Shown piece after piece: positions 49,931 to 57,486 of a stretch of DNA of 64,000 bases; position 1 is the first letter of the stretch; each line of letters opens with the position of its first letter. The translations under genes and the position numbers were made by a program. Source of the DNA: a phage. Where the stretch lies: assembly GCA_017822615.1 (NCBI GenBank), contig GCA_017822615.1_4530.1, one strand, 5' to 3'. Below the pieces are notes generated by a model. That model searched no databases. It saw only the letters and a list, made by a program, of their open reading frames with translations, and was not told the origin of the DNA.

Positions 49931-50002
49931 TGCTCCCACACTGAATCGAACAGAGATCCACGGATTACAAAACCGTTGTAATAGCCATTATACTATAGGA
50001 GC
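49931..50002 (-). tRNA. tRNA-Thr(TGT): tRNA-Thr (TGT)
   Basis: Acceptor stem with one G-U pair, anticodon loop TTTGTAA, T-loop TTCGATT. Confidence 0.6.
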
Positions 50003-50008
50003 AATGCT

Positions 50009-50086
50009 GGGACTCGGCAGGATTCGATACCTGCAATTCCAGAAGCCTATTGGCGACTGGGGGGTTTACCTTAACTCTACAAGTCC
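50009..50086 (-). tRNA. tRNA-like gene, non-canonical
   Basis: Acceptor stem (6 bp plus G-U) and T-stem GCAGG/CCTGC with an 8-nt T-loop; anticodon arm could not be placed. Confidence 0.3.
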
Positions 50087-50093
50087 ATAATTC

Positions 50094-50179
50094 TGGCGAT
50101 GAGTATAGGATTCGAACCTATATTGTTCTTTCGAACACGGATTAACAGTCCGCCGCTTAAACCATTCAGCCAACTCATC
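50094..50179 (-). tRNA. tRNA-Asn(GTT): type II (long variable arm) tRNA with Asn anticodon GTT, CCA encoded
   Basis: Perfect 7-bp acceptor, 3-bp D-stem, anticodon arm GCGGA-CTGTTAA-TCCGT, 15-nt variable arm GTTCGAAAGAACAAT, discriminator G73. Confidence 0.55.
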
Positions 50180-50185
50180 TTAATT

Positions 50186-50273
50186 TGGTGGTGAGTGATG
50201 GAGTCGAACCACCCGAATCGCAATGATAACAGATTTACAGTCTGCCCCGCTACCCCTACGGAATTAACTCACC
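50186..50273 (-). tRNA. tRNA-Tyr(GTA): tRNA-Tyr (GTA), type II, CCA encoded
   Basis: Perfect acceptor stem, anticodon arm GCAGA-CTGTAAA-TCTGT, long variable arm. Confidence 0.65.
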
Positions 50274-50403
50274 TAAATACTAATATTTAAATTCTTTTTA
50301 AAATAGCCAGTGTTCACACCACTAACTATGAGGTATCGGTAAAGTGGTTACCGCCACTTGCCGAAGATTTACTCTGCTAAAGTAAGCTACATTAAAAAGA
50401 ACT

Positions 50404-50489
50404 TGGCGGTAGATGTAGGACTCGAACCTACACGCCGTTTCCGACTACAGTTTAGCAAACTGTCGTGGCTACCATTTCACCAATCTACC
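50404..50489 (-). tRNA. tRNA-Ser(GCT): tRNA-Ser (GCT), type II, CCA encoded
   Basis: Perfect acceptor stem, anticodon arm ACAGT-TTGCTAA-ACTGT, 15-nt variable arm, G73. Confidence 0.7.
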
Positions 50490-50494
50490 TAATC

Positions 50495-50585
50495 TGGCGG
50501 AAGGAGGGAGAGTCGAACTCCCAAGGCTCTTTCAAGCTCGGCGGTTTTCAAGACCGTTTTCGTCGCCACATCGATTTGCCCTTCC
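50495..50585 (-). tRNA. tRNA-Ser(TGA): tRNA-Ser (TGA), type II, CCA encoded
   Basis: Anticodon loop CTTGAAA, long variable arm, T-loop TTCGACT, G73. Confidence 0.6.
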
Positions 50586-50593
50586 ATACTTAT

Positions 50594-50623
50594 AATCTAA
50601 CATAAAATAATGTTTGTTGTCAA
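50594..50623 (-). promoter_or_regulatory. tRNA promoter P2 (ctaTTGACAA, aTGtTAGATT)
   Basis: ttgtcaatag at 50616-50625; reads into tRNA-Ser(TGA). Confidence 0.5.
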
Positions 50624-50819
50624 TAGTTTTTTAAAACATTTTACCATGAATGGTGACTCCACCAACCCCCGTTCTCCACGAACGGTGCTCTTCGAGCATT
50701 TATGTCTTCTAATATAACCGTGGCCTTTGTTTATAATGTCTGACATACTTGCCTCATTCTCTGCCACCATGATCAGTAGTGGGTTCAAATCACTTGAGCT
50801 AATTCATGTTAAAATGTTC

Positions 50820-50894
50820 TGGTGTCTTTACAAGGAATCGAACCTTGACTAAGAGTTTAGAAGACTCCTGTGCTATCCATTACACCATAAAGAC
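50820..50894 (-). tRNA. tRNA-Arg(TCT): tRNA-Arg (TCT), CCA encoded
   Basis: Perfect acceptor stem, D-stem GTGT/GCAC, anticodon loop CTTCTAA. Confidence 0.7.
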
Positions 50895-50896
50895 TT

Positions 50897-50971
50897 TGGT
50901 GGCCCTGGCTGGTTTCGATCCAGCTACCTATCGGTTATGAGCCGACAGCTCTCCCATTGAGCTACAGGGCC
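50897..50971 (-). tRNA. tRNA-Met(CAT): tRNA-Met (CAT), possibly initiator-like, CCA encoded
   Basis: Perfect acceptor stem, anticodon loop CTCATAA with three G/C pairs closing the stem; unusual T-loop ATCGAAA. Confidence 0.65.
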
Positions 50972-51180
50972 ATAAATGTGGTAACAGAGACGCTGACGAT
51001 TGTAGAGAACCGCTACATTCTCTAAGACCAAGCCCAACTTTCAGCGTAAAAGTTCTTGAGCCGAGACTATTCCTTTTCCTCTTTGGTAGCTAACCTCTGA
51101 AGAAGTAGTCTCTAACACTACCGCAGTGCAAGCCCCTCTTAACAAAAGTCAACGACCCTGTTACCACACTTGATGAACGT

Positions 51181-51210
51181 ATCCTAACATATGAAGGATA
51201 CGTTTGTCAA
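51181..51210 (-). promoter_or_regulatory. tRNA promoter P3 (ctaTTGACAA, aTGtTAGGAT)
   Basis: ttgtcaatag at 51203-51212; reads toward the tRNA-Met/Arg end of the cluster. Confidence 0.5.
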
Positions 51211-51217
51211 TAGTTAT

Positions 51218-51466
51218 TTAAGCATATTCTGCTACTTCTTCACTATCTTTCTTTTCCAGAAGAGCAACAACCAAAGCTTCTGCGTTAAAAGTGTTAATTT
51301 CAAGATCCATTTCTCGCATCAGAGCCAAGAAATCAATAACTTTAACATCTTTAGTTATTACAATAGAAGTTGTACCATTGTTTTCAGATGTGTATTTTTC
51401 TGGATGGAAAAGAAAAACTGCATTGCCGTTACCATCTTCAAACACGTGTTTTTCTAATAGAGACAT
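51218..51466 (-). CDS. hypothetical protein (83 aa, start refined)
   Basis: Internal ATG at 51466 preceded by AGGAGG is a better start than the upstream ATG used in the track. Confidence 0.5.
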   Translation of the reverse strand: MSLLEKHVFEDGNGNAVFLFHPEKYTSENNGTTSIVITKDVKVIDFLALMREMDLEINTFNAEALVVALLEKKDSEEVAEYA

Positions 51467-51474
51467 TGTTCCTC

Positions 51475-51726
51475 CTAATCTGTTAGTTGTTCGTCCTCTA
51501 CCAAGTTTGACACGAGAACGTCTGTTATACATTGATGCTGATAAACCCTTTCGGGACTATCATCAAAAGCCAAACCTGTGCAAATAGAACAGAGGTCTGA
51601 TTCCTTGATGACTCCATTTTTATCACGTCTGGAGTGGTTTGTCAAATGCCTATTACAAGCACGGCACCTAAAATAAAAGCTATTTTGCATATATCCTTCG
51701 AACCCCAAATGGGGAGTGATCGGCAT
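51475..51726 (-). CDS. hypothetical Cys-rich protein
   Basis: 83 aa with CxxC...CxxC; poor SD spacing; overlaps a plus-strand track ORF. Confidence 0.35.
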   Translation of the reverse strand: MPITPHLGFEGYMQNSFYFRCRACNRHLTNHSRRDKNGVIKESDLCSICTGLAFDDSPERVYQHQCITDVLVSNLVEDEQLTD

Positions 51727-51763
51727 CTCCTCACTTCTAGTTTAGCACGAAGGATATCTTAAG

Positions 51764-51949
51764 TCAACTAGGAATAATTTTATCCTTTTTGGTTTCATAA
51801 CCAGTCCAATCTAAATCCTCCCAGCCTTCATCATCGTCTAACACATTGTCATCATCATAAGATGCAATGTTATAAATAGAACGTGGATTACAAGACATAC
51901 AATCTTTAATAGGCACATGATGCCATTTGCACGGATTCTCACTAATCAT
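51764..51949 (-). CDS. small acidic Cys-containing protein
   Basis: 61 aa; RBS GGAGG; Asp/Glu-rich C-terminal half. Confidence 0.5.
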   Translation of the reverse strand: MISENPCKWHHVPIKDCMSCNPRSIYNIASYDDDNVLDDDEGWEDLDWTGYETKKDKIIPS

Positions 51950-51981
51950 TGCACACCTCCATTCTTGTTAAGATGTTCCGT

Positions 51982-52010
51982 ACTGTACTTCATACTAATC
52001 TATAGATCAA
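51982..52010 (-). promoter_or_regulatory. candidate minus-strand promoter TTGATC-N17-TACAGT
   Basis: Hexamers with 17-nt spacing about 33 nt upstream of the 51949 start, inside the divergent AT-rich region. Confidence 0.3.
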
Positions 52011-52431
52011 GTATTATTTATAATAATTTATTATTTTATTTTTTAATTGATAGAAGTTGATCTGTACGTACCAGTTCTGATACACTGTACCTGTTTGTTA
52101 GATCTAATAATTATTTATTATTAATATTTAATAATTATTAATCTAGTACGGAGTACAGTACTTGAGTACAGAGTACTACATCAACAACCTAAAACCTTAA
52201 CTCGCTGCGCTCGTTAATAGATTTCTAGGGTAGCATACTTCGAACACAAAAGTCAAGAGTTTTATTAAAATTATTTTCTGTGTGCAAAAAACCTTGCTTA
52301 AATAGGTAGCAATAGTATAGCCTATAACATAAGCTTCATAAGAGGCTCGTAGAGCAAGTTCACTTACTAGGTAAGGTGATTTATCATCTTATATATAAAA
52401 AGTGCGTCAGAGACGCGTTTAGGAGGCTAGA

Positions 52432-52755
52432 ATGAGATTTACAAGACAAGAGGTAGTTGTGCTGGACGAAGCAATGACAATGATCGTCTTTTACTACGAG
52501 GATATCTTCTGTGCAGCATATCATTTAAATGATATTCAGATTGAATGGCAGCAGATAGCATTCCTGTTGGACAAGAGTAATCATTTGGATGGCTTTGAGT
52601 ATTTGGAGTGGGATGGTGCAAAGGAAGTTAAAATTGTAGGGTTAAATCACGATCAGATTGTTGACATGCAATGTAAGTTGTGTCATTATCAGTTCTCAAA
52701 CAAAGTCAAACTCGAAAGGCAATTGGAGGTGGTTAAAGATGATAGCACTAATTAG
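52432..52755 (+). CDS. hypothetical early protein
   Basis: 107 aa; RBS AGGAGG; first gene of the plus-strand early block. Confidence 0.55.
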   Translation: MRFTRQEVVVLDEAMTMIVFYYEDIFCAAYHLNDIQIEWQQIAFLLDKSNHLDGFEYLEWDGAKEVKIVGLNHDQIVDMQCKLCHYQFSNKVKLERQLEVVKDDSTN

Positions 52756-52855
52756 TGAGAACCCAATCCTGACAACAATTGTTCTGATTTTTGCCATGTG
52801 TGTGGTTCACGATGTTCTGGTAAGTTATTTTGACAACAAAGGAGGTAAGAAATGA
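52739..52855 (+). CDS. small membrane peptide (38 aa, start refined)
   Basis: Internal ATG after GGAGGTGG; single hydrophobic helix ILTTIVLIFAMCVV. Confidence 0.4.
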   Translation: MIALISENPILTTIVLIFAMCVVHDVLVSYFDNKGGKK

Positions 52856-53046
52856 AAGACGTTATTCAAATGGTATTCCGTGTAACGCTAGATGGTATAC
52901 ACGTTGTTAAAGGCACACAGAACTACACAGAAGCGAAAGAACACTTCTTAGAGTGGATTGATACATTGAAGACACAAGATGTGTCCTACAGCCGTGTTAC
53001 GCTTACTGGCGACCATACCCCAATCATGGAGTACGTAAAGAAATGA
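52852..53046 (+). CDS. hypothetical protein
   Basis: 64 aa; overlapping start/stop with neighbours. Confidence 0.5.
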   Translation: MKDVIQMVFRVTLDGIHVVKGTQNYTEAKEHFLEWIDTLKTQDVSYSRVTLTGDHTPIMEYVKK

Positions 53047-53282
53047 GCAACTATCCAATTACAGGCGTAACCTATTCTTGTGTAGCAAAAGGTGGTTTAT
53101 ATACAGTAGTGGAATTTCCAAAACCCGCCGGAATATCTAAAGTGTTTGATCCTGTGGTTATCTATGAAGATCTTAGAACAGGTCAACGTTACTGGAGATT
53201 TGTGAATGACTTTTTAGATCGTATGGAGGTAGTAAGTGGCGAAAACACCGAAGAAGTTATCAAAGCCAAAGAACGTTACTAA
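53043..53282 (+). CDS. hypothetical protein
   Basis: 79-aa ORF. Confidence 0.5.
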   Translation: MSNYPITGVTYSCVAKGGLYTVVEFPKPAGISKVFDPVVIYEDLRTGQRYWRFVNDFLDRMEVVSGENTEEVIKAKERY

Positions 53283-53589
53283 GAAACCGAAAAACGAGGT
53301 TCTCAAAGTAGCCAAATCAGTTCCTAAGAAAGATAAATTTGATACGGAGGCATTCGTCTTTGACACACCAATCGAGAAGATTGAAGAAGCGTTGCAACGT
53401 CTTGAGGAGCAGGAGGCAGATCCAATGGCTGAACCACTCACGGCAGACCAAATTTATTGGTGGGGAATATGGACTTTGCAACTACCAGAAGCAAAACGAA
53501 GAGGAATGACTTCAGTTCCTACTTGTGCAAAAGAAGCGGCTGTGTTAGGTTTGTATGAGAAATCTAAAAAGAGGAGCAAAAAGAAATGA
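53236..53589 (+). CDS. hypothetical Lys-rich protein
   Basis: 117 aa; GTG start 7 nt after GGAGG; overlaps the upstream gene by 47 nt. Confidence 0.45.
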   Translation: MAKTPKKLSKPKNVTKKPKNEVLKVAKSVPKKDKFDTEAFVFDTPIEKIEEALQRLEEQEADPMAEPLTADQIYWWGIWTLQLPEAKRRGMTSVPTCAKEAAVLGLYEKSKKRSKKK

Positions 53590-53867
53590 TCAAGACTTTC
53601 CTGAAGTGTGTAAAAGCAACAGATAATGAGTGGTACTCTGGATTATTCACTGCTGGCAAGAAATACGAGATCCTCAACGGGACAGGCAAGAAGTTTTCTC
53701 TCGTTGTAAACGATGAAGGTACGAAGCAAATGGTATTTGCTGAAAGTTCTGTTTATGGTATCTTTGAAGTAGTGCAAGAAGGATCTCCAATGCTTCTGGA
53801 GTATCATGGCACTAATAAACCATATACTGCTATGGATGTTATCAACAACAAGAGAAATGCAAAATGA
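53586..53867 (+). CDS. hypothetical protein
   Basis: 93-aa ORF. Confidence 0.5.
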   Translation: MIKTFLKCVKATDNEWYSGLFTAGKKYEILNGTGKKFSLVVNDEGTKQMVFAESSVYGIFEVVQEGSPMLLEYHGTNKPYTAMDVINNKRNAK

Positions 53868-54046
53868 TTTTGCTCTATTCCGGTAAGGCAAAATACATGC
53901 AAGGTGTTAAACGCGTAGAGGTTACTAGGACAGTAACAATCGGGAAATCTTTTATCGTTTATTATTTCCTTGTTAATGGGAAGGAGTATGCTGTAGCAAA
54001 AACCTTGGTTGATAATGGTAAAACGTGGAAAGTGGAGGCACTATGA
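53864..54046 (+). CDS. hypothetical protein
   Basis: 60-aa ORF. Confidence 0.45.
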   Translation: MILLYSGKAKYMQGVKRVEVTRTVTIGKSFIVYYFLVNGKEYAVAKTLVDNGKTWKVEAL

Positions 54047-54249
54047 TCCCTGTAGCTGGGTGGGTGGTATTGGCAACACTTAATGGGAATGTTACTGTGG
54101 AGACTAAAACCATCTTCAAAGCACCAGAAGATTGCTATAACTCCTTGGTAACTTGGCCTCGTGATGATGATGATAAGGCAGAGTATCAGTGTTTTTACAT
54201 TGAGGGTAATCCTGTAGAATTTGAGGTTAAAGTGAAGGAGGAAAAATGA
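54025..54249 (+). CDS. hypothetical protein
   Basis: 74-aa ORF. Confidence 0.45.
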   Translation: MESGGTMIPVAGWVVLATLNGNVTVETKTIFKAPEDCYNSLVTWPRDDDDKAEYQCFYIEGNPVEFEVKVKEEK

Positions 54250-54716
54250 GAATTAAAGTAACTAAAGCTTACGATGATAACCCGAAGTTTATCTCTTTGA
54301 ATAAGAGTTATGGTGTCGAAAACGGCGATGAGTTCGAGGTTATCGATCTTTTTGAGGACCACGGTTATATTGTCAAAGCCCCAATCACAGAGCAGGCTAT
54401 TATCATCTTACGCACAGAGGCTGTTGAGGTAGGTTCTGATGAGCCTCAATATGACAGCCCATACATGACAGAGTGGATCGTAGCTGTGGATGTTGGAGGT
54501 ATGGTTTCTGTACTGAAGGCTCCTAATCTCCATCCTAGTTTTACAGAGAACGGTAAGACAGCTTTGGATTATGGGTTGCCAGAAGATGTTGAGAATACAC
54601 CGCCAGGTATGTACCGTTGGATTTGCTCTTTCCATGAAGAGAAGGATTGGGAATCAGGGCTTGTTGATGATTGGCATTTTGAAGTGGAAAGTTCTTTTTT
54701 AATCATGCCAGCTTAA
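54246..54716 (+). CDS. hypothetical protein
   Basis: 156 aa; RBS AAGGAGG. Confidence 0.55.
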   Translation: MRIKVTKAYDDNPKFISLNKSYGVENGDEFEVIDLFEDHGYIVKAPITEQAIIILRTEAVEVGSDEPQYDSPYMTEWIVAVDVGGMVSVLKAPNLHPSFTENGKTALDYGLPEDVENTPPGMYRWICSFHEEKDWESGLVDDWHFEVESSFLIMPA

Positions 54717-54726
54717 AGGAGGTTAT

Positions 54727-55071
54727 ATGAAAGTTTGGATAGATGATATGCGGAACCCAGCCGACTATGGACAGGAGGATGCAATTTGGTTTAAAACGTC
54801 ACAAGAAGCTATGGCCTTTCTCAACGATCCTGCTAAACTGTATCGAAGAGTAACCGAGTGGTCTTTTGACAATGATTTAGGTATGGAGTCAGACCAAGAT
54901 GGGTATGATGTTTTCCTGTACCTGGAAGAACTTCTGGCGTTTGGTAAACCTTGCTTTGGTTCACCCACCATTTTCGTGCATACTTCTAATCCCGCCGCTG
55001 GGGATAAATTCATGCTTGCAAAAGAATCCATGCTGCGTTATGGTATTAAAATGATTCGTGTGCACTACTAA
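54727..55071 (+). CDS. hypothetical protein
   Basis: 114 aa; RBS AAGGAGG. Confidence 0.55.
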   Translation: MKVWIDDMRNPADYGQEDAIWFKTSQEAMAFLNDPAKLYRRVTEWSFDNDLGMESDQDGYDVFLYLEELLAFGKPCFGSPTIFVHTSNPAAGDKFMLAKESMLRYGIKMIRVHY

Positions 55072-55080
55072 GGAGAGAAC

Positions 55081-55224
55081 ATGCATCATTCGGTTTGGTC
55101 GGAACAAGAAGAGGACGAAGGTTACTTTATCTACCGAGAAGAAGAGGATTGGCCCGACACAAGTAATGATCTTTTACTTCCAGACGCTAGTTTTTTCGAG
55201 GATAACTTAAGAGAGGAGGATTAG
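55081..55224 (+). CDS. small highly acidic protein (47 aa), not in ORF track
   Basis: RBS AAGGAGAG; product MHHSVWSEQEEDEGYFIYREEEDWPDTSNDLLLPDASFFEDNLREED. Confidence 0.4.
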   Translation: MHHSVWSEQEEDEGYFIYREEEDWPDTSNDLLLPDASFFEDNLREED

Positions 55225-55230
55225 GAAACA

Positions 55231-55587
55231 ATGAGTGGTATTGAAAACAATATTTGTTACCAACCTCTTACCTGGATGGGTGAGGGTCATTATGCGCAAC
55301 GTGTTATCGTCTGTGCTGCAAATAAGTATATTTTGAATAATGGTGAAGAGTTAATTATTCCTTGTGTTCGACATGCAAATCCTGTACTATATGCACAGTT
55401 AAACGTGTTGAAAGAAGCAGGTGTAATCAACAAAACTTTGTGCACACCAGATAATCAAGGCTTTATCGATCAGTATTACAATTGGTGGAGTCGTGCGGAT
55501 GCTTACATCATCGCGGAAAATGCTGACCAGATCGACCATGAGCGTAATGGTCACGACCATGAATTATTTAGCGAGGGATTATACTAA
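55231..55587 (+). CDS. hypothetical protein
   Basis: 118 aa; RBS GAGGAGG. Confidence 0.55.
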   Translation: MSGIENNICYQPLTWMGEGHYAQRVIVCAANKYILNNGEELIIPCVRHANPVLYAQLNVLKEAGVINKTLCTPDNQGFIDQYYNWWSRADAYIIAENADQIDHERNGHDHELFSEGLY

Positions 55588-56138
55588 TGTTTATTACAAG
55601 TGATTTGCATTTTATGCACAAACGTATACGAGAGTTTGCTCCTGAATATCGACCGTGGGAAGATATGGACCACATGACAGAAGCACTGATCGAAGCATGG
55701 AATAAATGTGCTACTACTCCTGGTGTTAAGATGTGGCATTTGGGCGACTTCTGTTTCGGAACTGAAGAAGATACCCGTAAAATTGCTTCTCGTCTCCAAG
55801 GAGATATCACCTACTGTGTTGGGAACCATGACTACAGCAAACACCGAGAAGTGCTTGCAGAGTATGGTGAAGTGGTGTATTATGACGAAGTGAAATATCA
55901 GAAGCTGTTCTTCGTCTTAAGTCATTACCCTATGGCCTCCTGGAATAAACAAGGTCGTGGATCAATCATGCTACACGGGCATTCCCACGGATCTTTCCCT
56001 GATGAAGCTTATGGTAAAATGTTAGATGTGGGTTGGGATGCACATGGAAAAATCTTGCATTTTGATGAGATAATTTCTATGATGAGTAAACGAGATATCG
56101 TGACTGTAGACCATCACAAAATAATCAAAGGAGAGTAA
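55587..56138 (+). CDS. calcineurin-like metallophosphoesterase (putative RNA 3'-end healing phosphatase)
   Basis: Motifs SDLHFMH, HLGDFCFG, CVGNHD, HGHSH; immediately upstream of the RNA ligase and kinase genes. Confidence 0.7.
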   Translation: MFITSDLHFMHKRIREFAPEYRPWEDMDHMTEALIEAWNKCATTPGVKMWHLGDFCFGTEEDTRKIASRLQGDITYCVGNHDYSKHREVLAEYGEVVYYDEVKYQKLFFVLSHYPMASWNKQGRGSIMLHGHSHGSFPDEAYGKMLDVGWDAHGKILHFDEIISMMSKRDIVTVDHHKIIKGE

Positions 56139-56139
56139 T

Positions 56140-57072
56140 GTGGCTAAATTTAACTGCGACGATTTGGTTGAAAAAGGTTTAGTTCATAAGAAAACATATA
56201 AAGAAGGAGAGTATTCTGGTCTATCTGTTCTTAAGTATAAGAACAAAGTTTTCTGGGATAACTTATGGGGCATTGATTCTCGTCTTCTGGAATGTCGCGG
56301 AATCGTTGTTGACGCTGATGACAATGTTGTTATTTGGCCTTTCACTAAGATTTTTAATCATTTTGAGAATGGCACAGATCTACCAGCGGATGAACTTGTA
56401 GATGTGGTTCGTAAAGTAAATGGTTTTATGGCCTCTGTGGGTGTATATAAAGGTCAACTTATTGTATCGACAACAGGAAGCCTTGAATCAGATTTTGCAA
56501 GTATTGCAAAGAATCATATTGTTTCAGAGTGTGATGACATAGAACATTTCATCAAATGGACAGAGAGTGCAAAAGCAACTTTCCTTTTTGAAATCTGTGA
56601 TCCTTCTGATCCGCATATTGTCGAAGAAGAACCAGGTGCATACTTAATTGGTGCCAGAATTCAAAACCCTGATGGGACAAGTTTTATGTTACCTGAAGGT
56701 GCTCTTGATGGAATTGCTTCTGTCACCAAATTTAAGCGTCCTGAAGTTTATCCAATGGTTAAGTTTTCAGATGTTGTTGAAATGTCTAAACATTGTAAAC
56801 ACGAAGGGTTTGTAGTTCGTGAAACAAACTATCCGTTCAACTTACTTTTAAAAATTAAATCACCACACTATCTTACTAAGAAGTTTCTTATGCGCGGTGG
56901 AGATAAAAAGTGGGATCTGATTTGGGATAATCCGAAAAATGCCAAACAAATTGTTGACGAAGAATATTACGCTTTGTTAGAATGGATTCGAAATAATTTT
57001 ACGAAGACTCAATGGGCTGCTTTAAATCAGCAAGAGCGACGTGAAAAAATCGAAAACTTCTTTGGAGGATAA
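56140..57072 (+). CDS. ATP-dependent RNA ligase
   Basis: Nucleotidyltransferase motif I KVNG, motif IV EGFVV, motif V LLKIK; 310 aa; flanked by end-healing enzymes. Confidence 0.65.
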   Translation: MAKFNCDDLVEKGLVHKKTYKEGEYSGLSVLKYKNKVFWDNLWGIDSRLLECRGIVVDADDNVVIWPFTKIFNHFENGTDLPADELVDVVRKVNGFMASVGVYKGQLIVSTTGSLESDFASIAKNHIVSECDDIEHFIKWTESAKATFLFEICDPSDPHIVEEEPGAYLIGARIQNPDGTSFMLPEGALDGIASVTKFKRPEVYPMVKFSDVVEMSKHCKHEGFVVRETNYPFNLLLKIKSPHYLTKKFLMRGGDKKWDLIWDNPKNAKQIVDEEYYALLEWIRNNFTKTQWAALNQQERREKIENFFGG

Positions 57073-57477
57073 ATGAAACAACTTATCATTTTACGTGGCG
57101 TTTCAGGTGCTGGTAAATCTACGGTAGCAGAAATTATTTCTGAAGGTTATTGGCCTATCTGTGAGGCAGATCAATATCATTACACAGAGAGTGGTGTTTA
57201 CGATTGGAAGCCAGAAAATGTAGGTAAAGCACACGCATGGTGTCAGGGTATTGTTCGTGATGCTATGGCATCTAATCTTAACAAGATTATTGTTTCTAAT
57301 ACTTCAACCACAGAGAAAGAACTTAAACCTTATCTAGCTCTTGCTGAAGAGTTTGGTTATCAAGTTATCTCTTTAATTGTTGAAAATAGGCACGGTAATG
57401 ATTCAATTCACGAGGTTCCACAATATATCCGTGATCAGCAAGAGAAACGTCTTCGTGGTTCACTTAAACTTCAATAA
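57073..57477 (+). CDS. polynucleotide 5'-kinase (T4 Pnk kinase-domain-like)
   Basis: Walker A GVSGAGKST in IILRGVSGAGKSTVA, close to the T4 Pnk N-terminus; IIVSNT segment; 134 aa. Confidence 0.65.
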   Translation: MKQLIILRGVSGAGKSTVAEIISEGYWPICEADQYHYTESGVYDWKPENVGKAHAWCQGIVRDAMASNLNKIIVSNTSTTEKELKPYLALAEEFGYQVISLIVENRHGNDSIHEVPQYIRDQQEKRLRGSLKLQ

Positions 57478-57486
57478 GGAGAAATA

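Noticed and set aside
50640-50800. Possible additional tRNA in the spacer between tRNA-Ser(TGA) and tRNA-Arg
   Set aside because: Hairpins such as agtg-ggttcaaat-cact look like a T-arm, but no matching acceptor stem or anticodon arm could be folded in either orientation.
51291-51587. 98-aa plus-strand track ORF in the minus-strand region after the tRNA cluster
   Set aside because: It overlaps two minus-strand ORFs that have RBS support, and sits on the wrong strand for this module.
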